A stretch of 64,000 nt of DNA from positions 22,682 through 86,681 of the IMG/VR virus record IMGVR_UViG_3300034691_000037. One strand, 5' to 3'. The notes under the pieces were generated by a model. It saw only the letters and a list, made by a program, of their open reading frames with translations. It searched no databases and had not been told where the DNA came from. This stretch comes from a virus. Positions 9,055 to 18,950 of this stretch are shown piece after piece (the first letter of the stretch is position 1; every line of letters starts with the position of its first letter). Both the position numbers and the translations under genes were made by a program.

Positions 9055-9723
9055 TCAGTAAAGGTATTTGCCGTGCGTGGTGTAGATGCTGAAAACATCC
9101 AGATATTCCTTGATCTCAGCAGCTCGCTGTTTCGACCAGGCCCACGCAGGTAAGGTACTGTGACAAGTAACTACCGTATTTTCATGCATGTCCAACTCGA
9201 CATTAAGAGCCTGTGCGGATTTACCATGACATACATGTTGGCACATTGCGTCAAATTGTGCCTTTGTCAGAGGCTTGCTGCCGTATTCCTGATCGATCGG
9301 AACACTAGCAGTAATCGCTTTACCGTAAGGACTTGGCTGATCATCCTGCATCCTCATCTTGGCCATGAGGTTCAGTTCCCACGCGGCCGGCTTTACAGTG
9401 TGAGCAGTCAGCAACTTACCAGCGCCCATAGCGTGCGCTGTAGTGATCGCAATTGCTTTGGCCACCTCATGCGTCACGTCATGACACAGAAAGCGCTGAT
9501 CAAAATCACCGGCGCTTACAGGCGCATAGGCGTTGAGGAACTCGCGCAGAGCATAGTTGTTGATACGGTGAGTGCGCTTGGCGAAGTCGTTCATATACGC
9601 AATCATGGACGACACGTCATACGCGGACGGGGTCAGTGTGGTGAGTACCAGATGAAACAGACCCGTAGCGCGATGAGTTAGCACTACCACGCAATAAGGT
9701 TTATCTTTGTGGATGATACTCAT
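9055..9723 (-). CDS. Hypothetical protein
   Basis: 222 aa, ATGA coupling. Confidence 0.65.
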   Translation of the reverse strand: MSIIHKDKPYCVVVLTHRATGLFHLVLTTLTPSAYDVSSMIAYMNDFAKRTHRINNYALREFLNAYAPVSAGDFDQRFLCHDVTHEVAKAIAITTAHAMGAGKLLTAHTVKPAAWELNLMAKMRMQDDQPSPYGKAITASVPIDQEYGSKPLTKAQFDAMCQHVCHGKSAQALNVELDMHENTVVTCHSTLPAWAWSKQRAAEIKEYLDVFSIYTTHGKYLY

Positions 9724-10130
9724 TTCTTACCCTCAAAGAACGCTTTGAAGACATCGCTGACTGGCTCCTTACTGCCCGGCGCAAGGTCGTGGAAATGCAC
9801 TTCATTGATGACAGTGATGTGTGGTTTTCGGTCTGTCAAAGAACCCCGCTCGGCGCGACTGATGGTTTGAAACTTAGGTAAGTCGATCACCTGAGCTACG
9901 CCGTAAGTCGCACGACGGTTGTAGAGATCGATGTACTCTTCCAGCTTCGGAAGATTACGTTCTGCACGTAGACGCGCAGGATCATCAGGAGGGGAGTGTT
10001 TGATCAAGTCGCGCATCTCTTCCAGTTCTTCTTTGGCTTCGATACCGCTAGTGCCAGCGTAGACATGGCTGATCAGTTTCATTTCTTGTTCCAGCGTTAA
10101 AGCCAGTGATTCTTCAGCGTCGTTGCTCAT
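9720..10130 (-). CDS. Hypothetical protein (start revised to MSNDAE)
   Basis: ATGA overlap with the stop at 10127. Confidence 0.6.
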   Translation of the reverse strand: MSNDAEESLALTLEQEMKLISHVYAGTSGIEAKEELEEMRDLIKHSPPDDPARLRAERNLPKLEEYIDLYNRRATYGVAQVIDLPKFQTISRAERGSLTDRKPHITVINEVHFHDLAPGSKEPVSDVFKAFFEGKK

Positions 10131-10708
10131 ACACGATCCCCTTGAATGTAGCATGATTGTCCAGGTTTGTGAATAGCATCGCCTTTAACGCGCTGCACAC
10201 CCAGATCGGCAATAGTGCCAGAGAAGCCTTTGTTTTCAAACAGCTGTACTTTGAAGTACAGCAGATCGAGGCCGAGCACGTTCATTACCGAATGACCTGC
10301 CGATCGCTGCAATTCGTATTCGCTATTTAGCGCCCAGAATCGGTCCTGTTTGATTTCTTCACCAGCCTTCTCAGCGGTGAGGCCTTCGTACATCAGCATC
10401 CGCTGCTTTGAGTTCATCAGCGTGATCTGCACGGGATAAGCTTCATCACCCACTACGACCATAGCGGGATGACCATCTTCGGCAAACTTCTCACCCAGGA
10501 CTTTAAACTGAGCGTAGAGGGATTCGAGGTATTCGAAGTGCTCGTTGTAGTCTTCGGCATCCAGGATGGGTTTGATGATATCATCACGGACTTGGTTACA
10601 GCAGAACTTACGGAACCGTGTGATGACCTTCTTGAGTTCTTTACGGTCAGTGTGGAATGCAAAAATTAACGCGAGGCGTTCCATTGCGGAAGTGGCATTA
10701 TACATCAT
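10127..10708 (-). CDS. Hypothetical protein
   Basis: 193 aa, typical codon bias. Confidence 0.65.
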   Translation of the reverse strand: MMYNATSAMERLALIFAFHTDRKELKKVITRFRKFCCNQVRDDIIKPILDAEDYNEHFEYLESLYAQFKVLGEKFAEDGHPAMVVVGDEAYPVQITLMNSKQRMLMYEGLTAEKAGEEIKQDRFWALNSEYELQRSAGHSVMNVLGLDLLYFKVQLFENKGFSGTIADLGVQRVKGDAIHKPGQSCYIQGDRV

Positions 10709-10767
10709 GACTTACTCAAAAATACAAAAGGTAAAACGCTCACGGCTTGTCCGTGAGCGCTATGTTG

Positions 10768-11055
10768 TTACTTCTCGAATGGTGCGTAGATACCGAGGTT
10801 AGCACCACCTTCGATATCAATCAGTACTGCCATTCGGCGCTCACCACTGACGTAGGTTTCCTTTACAAGCGACACCTCGCAGTTCTTCAGCGTCTCGCCG
10901 CTCTGGTCGGCGATCAACATCATCTCAAGACCATCTGCCAGATACTCGTAAGCAGGGCAAGGGTTTTCTAGCAGATAGAGATTTAGTTGATGACAGCCAA
11001 GCTCACCCACTACTGTCGTGAACGTTTCACGATCAAACGAAACTTTAACTGACAT
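10768..11055 (-). CDS. Hypothetical protein
   Basis: 95 aa, GAGG SD. Confidence 0.6.
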   Translation of the reverse strand: MSVKVSFDRETFTTVVGELGCHQLNLYLLENPCPAYEYLADGLEMMLIADQSGETLKNCEVSLVKETYVSGERRMAVLIDIEGGANLGIYAPFEK

Positions 11056-11066
11056 GGGAGTAGCCT

Positions 11067-11354
11067 CTATTTACTGCGGATTGATTTGATGGTGATAGTT
11101 TCATCAGAATCTGGGAAGTTGATGTCTAATACATACCGCCAAAGGCCGTCTGGGGATGTTGACTTCATCAACAGGTAAGTCACATCCCGAGGATTTTCCT
11201 CATCAGGGCCGAAGGTGTGGACGATCGAGAACCAGCGAGCAACCGAGGCGCTTTGTTCGGTTCCTTCGTTAGTCAAATCTTCAAGTAACCCATGAAGAAA
11301 TGTTAAACCTCTACCGGAACGAACCGTTTCAGCCCCTGGCGTAACTTCCATCAT
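11067..11354 (-). CDS. Hypothetical protein
   Basis: 95 aa, coupled to neighbours; the C-terminal LDI motif weakly resembles 10768-11055. Confidence 0.6.
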   Translation of the reverse strand: MMEVTPGAETVRSGRGLTFLHGLLEDLTNEGTEQSASVARWFSIVHTFGPDEENPRDVTYLLMKSTSPDGLWRYVLDINFPDSDETITIKSIRSK

Positions 11355-11650
11355 TTAAGCACCTCCTCATCAGGCAGGGCAATGGTGTCATCCACATCGC
11401 TGGCCGCACTGGCCATGTGCTGAGCGATAAACTGCGCTGGCGCAAACTCAGCCTTGCTGGAGGCGAAGCTGTAGAGCGCCAGCGTTACCATCCAGTCAGG
11501 TTCATTGCCGACGTTCATCAGCAAGTCGGCAATGCGGTTAAGCAAAGCCTCTTCACCGATTTCGAAGACGTTGACCTTTTGAGCTTTCAAGGCGTTGTGC
11601 TTGGCCAGCATTGCTTTGTTGAAGATTTTGAGCTGTTTGCTGAGAGACAT
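11351..11650 (-). CDS. Hypothetical protein
   Basis: 99 aa, TAATG coupling. Confidence 0.65.
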   Translation of the reverse strand: MSLSKQLKIFNKAMLAKHNALKAQKVNVFEIGEEALLNRIADLLMNVGNEPDWMVTLALYSFASSKAEFAPAQFIAQHMASAASDVDDTIALPDEEVLK

Positions 11651-11985
11651 TACTTACCATCCTTAAATTTGCGGTCCCAGTTGATCTCTTTAGACCATTC
11701 TGGCTTATTGGTTACAGGGCGTTCTTGCTTGCGGTAGTAGTCGCCGATAGGGACCCTGTGCAAGACCACACCTTCATTCATGAGGATCACCTCATCACGA
11801 AACAGATCACCTGGATGCTGCACGGTGCCGTGATGGAGTTGGATCACATCGCTTTTGTTCTCGCCCATCTTTTCGATGAACTCTGCCACATGGGCACGCG
11901 TCAGGTAGTCGTTCTGGCGGAAGTTTTCTAAAGCCTTTCTTACCAACTCTTCGCCATTGGCGACGGTAACAGAAAGAGTAGCCAT
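11650..11985 (-). CDS. Hypothetical protein
   Basis: 111 aa, GAGGT SD. Confidence 0.65.
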   Translation of the reverse strand: MATLSVTVANGEELVRKALENFRQNDYLTRAHVAEFIEKMGENKSDVIQLHHGTVQHPGDLFRDEVILMNEGVVLHRVPIGDYYRKQERPVTNKPEWSKEINWDRKFKDGK

Positions 11986-11992
11986 GATAACC

Positions 11993-12541
11993 TCACTTAC
12001 ATAAAGCCGCGTGAGAAATAGCCGCAGCCTTCTTGTTGATGATGAAGGTGTACGAATCAGCAGGCTTCAGCGCCGCAGTCCCTCGTTCACCTTCCGAAAC
12101 AATGGTGACAACGGGTTGCTCGCTACCCTTACTGCTGACGATAACCATGCCGGTACCCCTCACGTCGATCAGGGTCTTTTCAGAAATACTGGACTTGTCG
12201 ATACTGCGCCACCCCAGCACATCCATGAACGGATAGCTGTAGGTACGAGTACCTGTGATGCTGTATCCGCCGACATCCATCTCACAGGTACGGAAGTCGT
12301 TCAGATAGCCTTTCGTGGAGGTGCTGTAAGCGTAGTAGCCTCCAGCACCGATTACGACGATTGCGAGAACCAGCGCTACAGCAATCGTTCGATAAAGAAT
12401 ACGTTTTGCCGCCTTAGCACCAGCGCGGACAGTCATTAAACTACGGGCACGCAAACCAGCATCCAATTTTTCAGGATGGGCTTCTGCCGCTTGTTCAAGA
12501 GTCAAAGAATTGCTATTACCAGTTTCAACGAGGGTTGTCAT
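11993..12541 (-). CDS. Single-pass membrane protein
   Basis: TM segment TIAVALVLAIVVIGAGGYYAY; GGAG SD before the ATG at 12541. Confidence 0.7.
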   Translation of the reverse strand: MTTLVETGNSNSLTLEQAAEAHPEKLDAGLRARSLMTVRAGAKAAKRILYRTIAVALVLAIVVIGAGGYYAYSTSTKGYLNDFRTCEMDVGGYSITGTRTYSYPFMDVLGWRSIDKSSISEKTLIDVRGTGMVIVSSKGSEQPVVTIVSEGERGTAALKPADSYTFIINKKAAAISHAALCK

Positions 12542-12580
12542 TGCGACTAACTCCAAAAGTTTAAAAGTGTGCTGCTCGGT

Positions 12581-12907
12581 TTAACGACTAGGGGTTAAGC
12601 TGGTTACCAACTTCTCAAGAAGAGTTTTCTTGACAGTGATTGGTTTGTTCTCATCCAAGATGCGGATGACGGTATTGCGGCAACGCTGGTCACGTAAATC
12701 AATACGTGATAGTCGGCGCCGCGCATGTGCGATATCGCCATCGGCAGAAATGACAGTAATGTCTTTAAAGCCCGCGTGCTCCAGAGTTTCTTGAATCAGC
12801 GCGGCGATCACCGTTTTACCTGCACGATTAGTACCACGCAGTTCGATCTCGATCTCAAGTCCATCTACTGGTTCATTCTTAACGACCGTAACTTTGCGAA
12901 TGGTCAT
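12581..12907 (-). CDS. Small P-loop-containing protein (truncated kinase-like)
   Basis: IELRGTNRAGKTVIAALI Walker A motif in only 108 aa. Confidence 0.6.
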   Translation of the reverse strand: MTIRKVTVVKNEPVDGLEIEIELRGTNRAGKTVIAALIQETLEHAGFKDITVISADGDIAHARRRLSRIDLRDQRCRNTVIRILDENKPITVKKTLLEKLVTSLTPSR

Positions 12908-12918
12908 CTGTGATTCCT

Positions 12919-13446
12919 TTAAGCAGCTAGCTCGATTAAGTCCTTACAGGACACGCCGTTCTCGACATGCAGTTCCAACAGGGTCAGCAACATGTCTTTA
13001 CTGAAAGCACTGAGCTGCGGCAGTACAGACTCATCGTCACCCGCGAGTAACGCGATGATAGTACCTTTAACAATACCGGCGCCAATGAACATACCGGCCG
13101 CCATTGCAATGACAGCAGGACTACCTTCAGAGAAGTCCAGAAGGTTTTTCGAAATGTGATTAATGTTATCAGTCGACATGGAAAGATGACGGACGTGGTT
13201 AGCGATATGCGCGGTCTTAACGAGCATGACCATTGCCTCTTCGGTACCTTCGAAGATCGTGATGTCAATACAGCCCATGACCTCAGTCTGTACAACAACG
13301 CGCGTTGGCGTGACTTCCATCAACTGTCCGCCGAAGCCCAGCTCGCAGCTAATGAGTACGTTAAGCGACTTACTTAACGTCCAGTCATGAATGCTGTTGT
13401 AAACGTCACCACCACCTTTGTTGCGGTTTTGAGTTACTGTGATCAT
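12919..13446 (-). CDS. Hypothetical protein
   Basis: 175 aa, ATGA coupling. Confidence 0.65.
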   Translation of the reverse strand: MITVTQNRNKGGGDVYNSIHDWTLSKSLNVLISCELGFGGQLMEVTPTRVVVQTEVMGCIDITIFEGTEEAMVMLVKTAHIANHVRHLSMSTDNINHISKNLLDFSEGSPAVIAMAAGMFIGAGIVKGTIIALLAGDDESVLPQLSAFSKDMLLTLLELHVENGVSCKDLIELAA

Positions 13447-14033
13447 TCTTTAGCATCCTTTTTCGTTACTGTTTCGTGAAGCCACTCACTTTCTTCAGCG
13501 ATTACCGCGTAATCGAGGACAACTGTAACAAGCTTCAACTTGCAGGGACTCAAGAGCTGAGTGACCAGCTTGCGACTTTCTGGGTCGAAATTATAAACGG
13601 GGGCGACCCAGCCCTTTCCCAACAACCACTTGACGCCCGTCCACCAGATCCGCGCCATTGGCTGCCTGTTAATAAAAGGCTGTGCGGCGACTTCTTCATC
13701 AACCTTTCTGATGGCGGCTTCCGTAAACGGTTGTATAAGGTGAGGTACCGCCAGACTGGAATACCGATACTCTACTACTTTCTTCGGGTCATCGCAGGTA
13801 ACAAGGATGCTGTAGATCGAACAACAAACTTCAGTTGTACCATCCCCGATTTCAAGAACCGTATTGGTCAGCCATGCGCCATGGACGTGGTTACGATAAT
13901 CTTCCAGGGCGTAAGCAACAGCCTCCCAAAACTCTGACGGCTTTTCTACCAACTGTTGTTTAATCACATTGACGATAACATCAAAGCGCGCGGATGCCTC
14001 TTTAATGTAACGCCGTGACTCAAGACTTAACAT
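13443..14033 (-). CDS. Hypothetical protein
   Basis: 196 aa, GGGAGG SD, preceded by the early-promoter motif. Confidence 0.7.
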   Translation of the reverse strand: MLSLESRRYIKEASARFDVIVNVIKQQLVEKPSEFWEAVAYALEDYRNHVHGAWLTNTVLEIGDGTTEVCCSIYSILVTCDDPKKVVEYRYSSLAVPHLIQPFTEAAIRKVDEEVAAQPFINRQPMARIWWTGVKWLLGKGWVAPVYNFDPESRKLVTQLLSPCKLKLVTVVLDYAVIAEESEWLHETVTKKDAKE

Positions 14034-14067
14034 TTTCTACCTCCCTTAATGAGCATGTGTCAAGTTA

Positions 14068-14082
14068 GTAATGTAGGACTAG
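14068..14082 (-). promoter_or_regulatory. Putative early (virion RNAP) promoter
   Basis: CTAGTCCTACATTAC; one of six similar intergenic motifs resembling the phiKZ early TATATTAC element. Confidence 0.55.
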
Positions 14083-14104
14083 CCGCTGTTTACTTCTGCC
14101 AACC

Positions 14105-14569
14105 TTAACGTTGCCAGTGTTTAGCAGGCTTACCTTGGCGGTTGACACCCGTTGGACTTACCGGCGGTGGGCGGCGCGGTTCGAGGGGGCGTACTTTCCG
14201 AACATTTCGGAACTGAGTAGGTTCACCACCTGTAAGGAAATGGTTAGCGTAAAGGTTATAGTTAGCACCACCCACTAGGATGATTTCTTTCTGCCGAACC
14301 TTTTCCTCGTGCAGAATCACGCCAAAGCCCATCTTCTTCAGAACCGCATGATACTTATCGATATCTTTAGAGAAAATGACCGGCGTGTCCTTATAGAGGT
14401 CCTGCATTTCTTTCAGGATCTGCTCCTTTGGAACGCTATCAGGATCTGAATAAAACATGATCACTACTTCCGCACCGCCGGTGGCCGTAGCCACAGTCAG
14501 TACATCACGCTCATTATCCACCCAATAGTCAATGAGTGGATCAAACCCATGGTGCTTAACAAATCCCAT
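14105..14569 (-). CDS. Hypothetical protein
   Basis: 154 aa, AAGGAG SD. Confidence 0.65.
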   Translation of the reverse strand: MGFVKHHGFDPLIDYWVDNERDVLTVATATGGAEVVIMFYSDPDSVPKEQILKEMQDLYKDTPVIFSKDIDKYHAVLKKMGFGVILHEEKVRQKEIILVGGANYNLYANHFLTGGEPTQFRNVRKVRPLEPRRPPPVSPTGVNRQGKPAKHWQR

Positions 14570-14579
14570 GTTGCTCTCC

Positions 14580-15083
14580 TTAAAGCAATTCAGCGTCAGC
14601 CAAGACGCCTATGATCTCACCGAAGCCCGGCATTGCCATCAGGCTACGCGTAGGGTTGATGGATACGTCACACGCCTGAGCAAGGTTGATAGGCAGCTGT
14701 GTGAGACCACCGTACAGGTTCTTGTAGACCAACTTCATGTTACTGCAGAACACTACGAAGTGGTCATCACCCAATGCAGGAACCGGTAATACGATCATCT
14801 CACAGATCTGTTCTTGGGTTAGTTTAAACCCCAGGAGGTTAGGGCGATCAAACGGATTGATGCTCATGATACTACTTGTTTTCTCACTGACGCTTCCAGG
14901 CCGTAGGTCCAGTTCGAGCGGTGGGTAGAACGGACGGAACTCAAGATCGCGGTTCAAGGCATCTGTGAGTGTGTCGCCTTCGACCAAACAAAACAGATCG
15001 GTGGATGAATCAAACTTGATGCAGGTGTACAGATAAGGCACGCCCAAAGACTGTTCAACAAGCGCTACTTTAAACTGTTGCAT
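14580..15083 (-). CDS. Hypothetical protein (start revised to MQQFK)
   Basis: AGGAG SD before 15083; the upstream extension runs through a terminator. Confidence 0.65.
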   Translation of the reverse strand: MQQFKVALVEQSLGVPYLYTCIKFDSSTDLFCLVEGDTLTDALNRDLEFRPFYPPLELDLRPGSVSEKTSSIMSINPFDRPNLLGFKLTQEQICEMIVLPVPALGDDHFVVFCSNMKLVYKNLYGGLTQLPINLAQACDVSINPTRSLMAMPGFGEIIGVLADAELL

Positions 15084-15113
15084 TTCAATACTCCTAAAAA
15101 AAGAATTAGAAAA

Positions 15114-15147
15114 GACCCGCAGAGGCCGAAGCCCCCGCGGATGGGTC
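15114..15147 (-). terminator. Intrinsic terminator
   Basis: GACCC..CGCGG-GG-GCTTCGGC-CT-CTGCG-GGTC hairpin with a UUCG loop followed by TTTTCT. Confidence 0.65.
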
Positions 15148-15478
15148 AAAGCTGGCGAGGTATTTGAGTACCCACTTTCTGCATGCAGCTGCGCCAGAAC
15201 TCGTCCGTATTAGACATGTTCTCAAAGAATACCTTTTTCAGATAGTCCTTAGTCATGGGGAGCATGTCGGTAAGGCCATCCATCTTTTTGTATTCAGGTC
15301 TGCCTAACACTGCGATTACAGTTTCGTAATCAATCTCGCCACGGGCATCGATAGCCCCTTGGATAACCTCTTCACTTTTCACACAATCGTCTTCAGTGAC
15401 AGTGTGCATGTTAGAAGGCAACGATGCATGCGACATAACTGACACAAGCATCATTAAAATAAACAGCACTGGTTTCAT
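15146..15478 (-). CDS. Secreted/periplasmic hypothetical protein
   Basis: Signal peptide ...SVMSHA; two Cys residues. Confidence 0.65.
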   Translation of the reverse strand: MKPVLFILMMLVSVMSHASLPSNMHTVTEDDCVKSEEVIQGAIDARGEIDYETVIAVLGRPEYKKMDGLTDMLPMTKDYLKKVFFENMSNTDEFWRSCMQKVGTQIPRQL

Positions 15479-15837
15479 TTTCCGGCAGCCTTCTTCAGCT
15501 TATTAACCTGGGCGGTGAACTTCTTGAGTTCTTTAACGACGGCTTCGCGCTGCTCACGCGAACCGGCAACTGGATCGATACCGTCCAAATACGCTTTGAA
15601 CAGTTCTTTCATTTTGCCGATTTCTTCCTGGACGGATTCCAAGATAGTCGGCGACTCCTGCAGCAGCTCTTCGAACTGATCGTGCAACTCACGATAGCTT
15701 TCAGTCTGCAGATGATGGAATGCCACCGCCGAAGCGATAGGTTCTTCCGACTTGGCAACAGCCTTGCCCATGTAGTAACCGACCGCATAGATAGCGGTAG
15801 CAGCACCTACATTAGCGACGAAGCGATAAAAGGACAT
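15475..15837 (-). CDS. Membrane-anchored coiled-coil hypothetical protein
   Basis: N-terminal hydrophobic helix followed by an acidic helical region. Confidence 0.65.
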   Translation of the reverse strand: MSFYRFVANVGAATAIYAVGYYMGKAVAKSEEPIASAVAFHHLQTESYRELHDQFEELLQESPTILESVQEEIGKMKELFKAYLDGIDPVAGSREQREAVVKELKKFTAQVNKLKKAAGK

Positions 15838-15908
15838 GGGGTGGTTCTCCCAATGGGTGAGTGAAACGGCATACAGCCAGCGAGTAAAACCCGCTGGCCG
15901 CGCTGCAG

Positions 15909-16217
15909 TTAGTCGTCTTGAGCTTGCAGCTCTTCGGACAGGACGATGACGGTGTCTTCGAACTGCATGCCGTCTTGTTCACGGATGCGTACGATGGCTT
16001 CGTCAAGCGCCATGACAACGTTGGCGTTCATGTGGTGAACGTGGTCGGTGACCGGCTTGTTGAGCATGGTGGTGATCACGGACTCCGGACCTTCCTCAAC
16101 GAAGAAGGTTACGCGGGTTTTCAGGCCGGTTTGCAGGCCTTCGTTGAAGAAGTCATGCTTGATGCTGTCGACGAATTGCAGGAGATCGGTAGGTTTCTGG
16201 ATGGTAACAGTCGTCAT
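15909..16217 (-). CDS. Acidic hypothetical early protein
   Basis: Strong codon bias; flanked by the promoter motif and a hairpin. Confidence 0.7.
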   Translation of the reverse strand: MTTVTIQKPTDLLQFVDSIKHDFFNEGLQTGLKTRVTFFVEEGPESVITTMLNKPVTDHVHHMNANVVMALDEAIVRIREQDGMQFEDTVIVLSEELQAQDD

Positions 16218-16254
16218 GGTAACTCCAAAGTAGGACGGGGTGGTTATCGAAGCA

Positions 16255-16269
16255 ATGATGTATTACTGC
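16255..16269 (-). promoter_or_regulatory. Putative early promoter
   Basis: GCAGTAATACATCAT with an upstream A-tract. Confidence 0.55.
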
Positions 16270-16280
16270 TTCTTTTTTGA

Positions 16281-17414
16281 TTAGAATTGCTTGACCGACT
16301 GCTGATAAGGTTGATTCTTATATTCGACATCATCCTCCATGTGGCCGAATTGATGTTTGTTCACACCTGTGACGTCACGCGAACGTACTTTAAATACGTG
16401 CTCGGTAACATCGCGTTCGACGCCGATCTTCAGACCTTCGTCAATTTTCAGTTGTCAGATAGCGCCACGTCTAACTTTGCTGACGGTGGCCCACACCAGC
16501 GGTTGGCTGTAGACCACAGCGCCTGTTTTGTTTTCGGTAAGCTCCAAGGTCAGCAGGCCTTCTTCGCTCTGATCTAACCAGCCTCGGTAATCAGTGGTAC
16601 TGTTGTTGTACGTCACGTCCTTAACGGTGTAACGAATGTTGACCTTGGCGGGCAGGTTGTAGAATTCGATTTTGTTGATGAAGTCCACAGGTGTCACGCA
16701 CTTGGACAGCAGCTTCTTCATCAGAAGCAGCATATCGAAACTGATAGCGTGGTACTGCGAATACATACGCAGGTACTCAACCAGCTCAGGGCTGTGCTTA
16801 GGGTTGGCTAGCGCGGCAATGATGGTGGCTTCTTTGATACCGTCGTAGTTGATACGGTATTTGAAACGACCGGGGCGGTTCAGCATGGCGTCAACGAATT
16901 CGCGTTCGCTGTTGGCCGTGACGATGAAGAGGATGTTGCGCTTTTCGCTATCGCTGAACAGAGTCAGGACAGAGTTACGTTCTTCGCTCTTGTCGTACAC
17001 CTTGCCAAACTCATCGAACAACACGGCACAAGGGCCGAGCAGGTTGATGATGGTAGAGATGAGACTACCCGGCAATGGCGTAGTGATGTTCAGCACAGGC
17101 CGGCCTGAGTCAAGGACCATATTGCAAAGGTCTTCGGAAAGCATGGTTTTACCCGAGCCCTTCAGACCAACCAGGATCACGCCGACTGGCGAAGTGGTGC
17201 TGTTGTAATCGCTGATGATCAGATCACGGATAGTGTTGTGGTCACCGAGGGGGTCTTTCGGGATTTCGAACTGGGTACGGCCTTTGTACAGGCGAGGGCC
17301 TTCTTCCGACATCATCAGGTTGTAAACTGCGGCTGGCAGCTTATCGACCTTACGGGCCAGGTTAATATCCTGGACCAAATAGTTACTGTCTTGATCGGTA
17401 GTAATCAGGGGCAT
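16281..17414 (-). CDS. AAA+ ATPase with an in-frame TGA at 16455-16457 (readthrough or nonsense mutation)
   Basis: GLKGSGKT Walker A, LFDEF Walker B, TAN sensor and NRPGR arginine finger; the frame stays open 57 codons beyond the TGA to a TAA at 16281. Confidence 0.85.
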
Positions 17415-17427
17415 TGCAATACTCCGG

Positions 17428-18072
17428 TTAGTTGACTTCCAATGTGATCATTATGCAGCGCTTCTCGCTATACGGGAGCGCGGCAACGTAATAGCCATTA
17501 GCCATTTTAGCAAAGCCATCATTTTCACTGGCTAGCTGATTGATGTTGTTGATAAGGGTCTCTATCTTTGGGTAAGGTAGTTTCTTAGATTTGAAAAACT
17601 CAGCGGGTAGATCTTCAACAGCGGTTATCTCTGACCTTAAGGTCGTGTTTTTAGATTCTTCGACCAGGTTGAAATAGTAAACGGTAATCTTACACGCCTT
17701 AACGTTTGAACTGTCACCTGATTTAGCGGCAGCCTGCATGTCTTTTAACAACATGATTGTAGCGCTAATCAGATAGCAGTCTTTATCGACCTCGTTAGTC
17801 TCCACCCTAACGCCGATAGTTTCATCGAGCCTTAGAACCACGCCCATCAGTACACGTTCAAGGACGCTGACCAGACGGTAAACTAGAATGCCTGACACGT
17901 CCTGCTTGCCACGTTGATGCCAGCACTTTGTTTTTAGCCGGTCAAGTTGCATCCCGTGATCCATCAAAAGAAAATCTTCGCCTACGACTTCGTAACCATC
18001 GACTGCGATGTATTTATCTGCATCCGGCTCAGAGCTTAATGGTTTACGGAATTCAAATACGTTATTCATCAT
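17428..18072 (-). CDS. Hypothetical protein
   Basis: ~214 aa; GGGG SD before the ATG at 18072. Confidence 0.65.
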   Translation of the reverse strand: MMNNVFEFRKPLSSEPDADKYIAVDGYEVVGEDFLLMDHGMQLDRLKTKCWHQRGKQDVSGILVYRLVSVLERVLMGVVLRLDETIGVRVETNEVDKDCYLISATIMLLKDMQAAAKSGDSSNVKACKITVYYFNLVEESKNTTLRSEITAVEDLPAEFFKSKKLPYPKIETLINNINQLASENDGFAKMANGYYVAALPYSEKRCIMITLEVN

Positions 18073-18128
18073 AGCCCCCAAGGCGGTAAACATACTTGAT
18101 AGGGTTTTGGTATCAAGTCACTATTGCG

Positions 18129-18164
18129 ACATACAGGCAGGGCTTAACTGCCCTGCCTGTATGC
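18129..18164. terminator. CATA...TATG-closed hairpin
   Basis: CATACAGGCAGGGC-TTAACT-GCCCTGCCTGTATG. Confidence 0.75.
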
Positions 18165-18172
18165 TAGAAGTG

Positions 18173-18643
18173 TTACTTACGGGCAATCAAATCGAAGGTG
18201 TACAGATGCTTAACCGACAAGACGTCAGTGATCTCCGGATCGGGTAATTGACATGCAGCACGAATGCTGAAATGGTTGTGCGCTTGGTCAGCGCCTGTAA
18301 TGGTATCGCGCATCACTACGCCGAATGGGCCGTGGGGTCTGATGTCACCGATGATTACCGCCAACCCTGGTGATTGACGGCTTTCGATCAGGCGAATGTT
18401 ACTGGCTTCGCCACAGACACGTTCATTGTTTACAGTGCTGGCCCAGTCAGGGCGTGACAGACCACCGTTCTTTGGAACGCCCATCTCCATGTACATCTTC
18501 TTACCCTGGAGCGCTCTGACAGCCTTACGCAAGCTGTCGTTGAGTAAGTATGTCCGTCCAGTAATGCCGGTAGGTACGCCGACCTCCAGCAAGATTGATG
18601 TCTCTTGGATGGGAGCACCTGTTTGGTTATTGATAAATGACAT
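18173..18643 (-). CDS. Degenerate paralog of the S80-type prohead protease (phiKZ gp175-like), probably inactive
   Basis: GRTY...EMGVP...VNNERVC...IRPHGPFG...FSIRA...TFDL; the expected catalytic His (GHP) and Ser (SIRS) are replaced. Confidence 0.65.
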   Translation of the reverse strand: MSFINNQTGAPIQETSILLEVGVPTGITGRTYLLNDSLRKAVRALQGKKMYMEMGVPKNGGLSRPDWASTVNNERVCGEASNIRLIESRQSPGLAVIIGDIRPHGPFGVVMRDTITGADQAHNHFSIRAACQLPDPEITDVLSVKHLYTFDLIARK

Positions 18644-18909
18644 TAGTTCTGCCCTTGTGGTTCCGCTTCGGCGATAACCGAATAACGCAACCGCGTGTTT
18701 GTAAAACGACCGATCTCGACGATGGTTGACATAGACAGCTTATTCATGTCACCCAAGTAGAGGATTGAGATTTGAGTAAGTGCAATACCGCTCAGTTTAG
18801 ACACCTGACCAAGCGTGTCGCCTGTAGCCCCAAGCTGTACACACTTGGCTTCAAGCAGACCAGTCAGTAATTTACGAAGCATTTCCAGTTCTGGAGTTGT
18901 CATAAACAC
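18643..18909 (-). CDS. XRE-like helix-turn-helix protein
   Basis: TLGQVSKLSGIALTQISILYLGDMNKLSMSTI. Confidence 0.6.
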   Translation of the reverse strand: MFMTTPELEMLRKLLTGLLEAKCVQLGATGDTLGQVSKLSGIALTQISILYLGDMNKLSMSTIVEIGRFTNTRLRYSVIAEAEPQGQN

Positions 18910-18950
18910 CTCAAATAATAGGGCGGGACTACCCCGCCCTGTATGTATCG

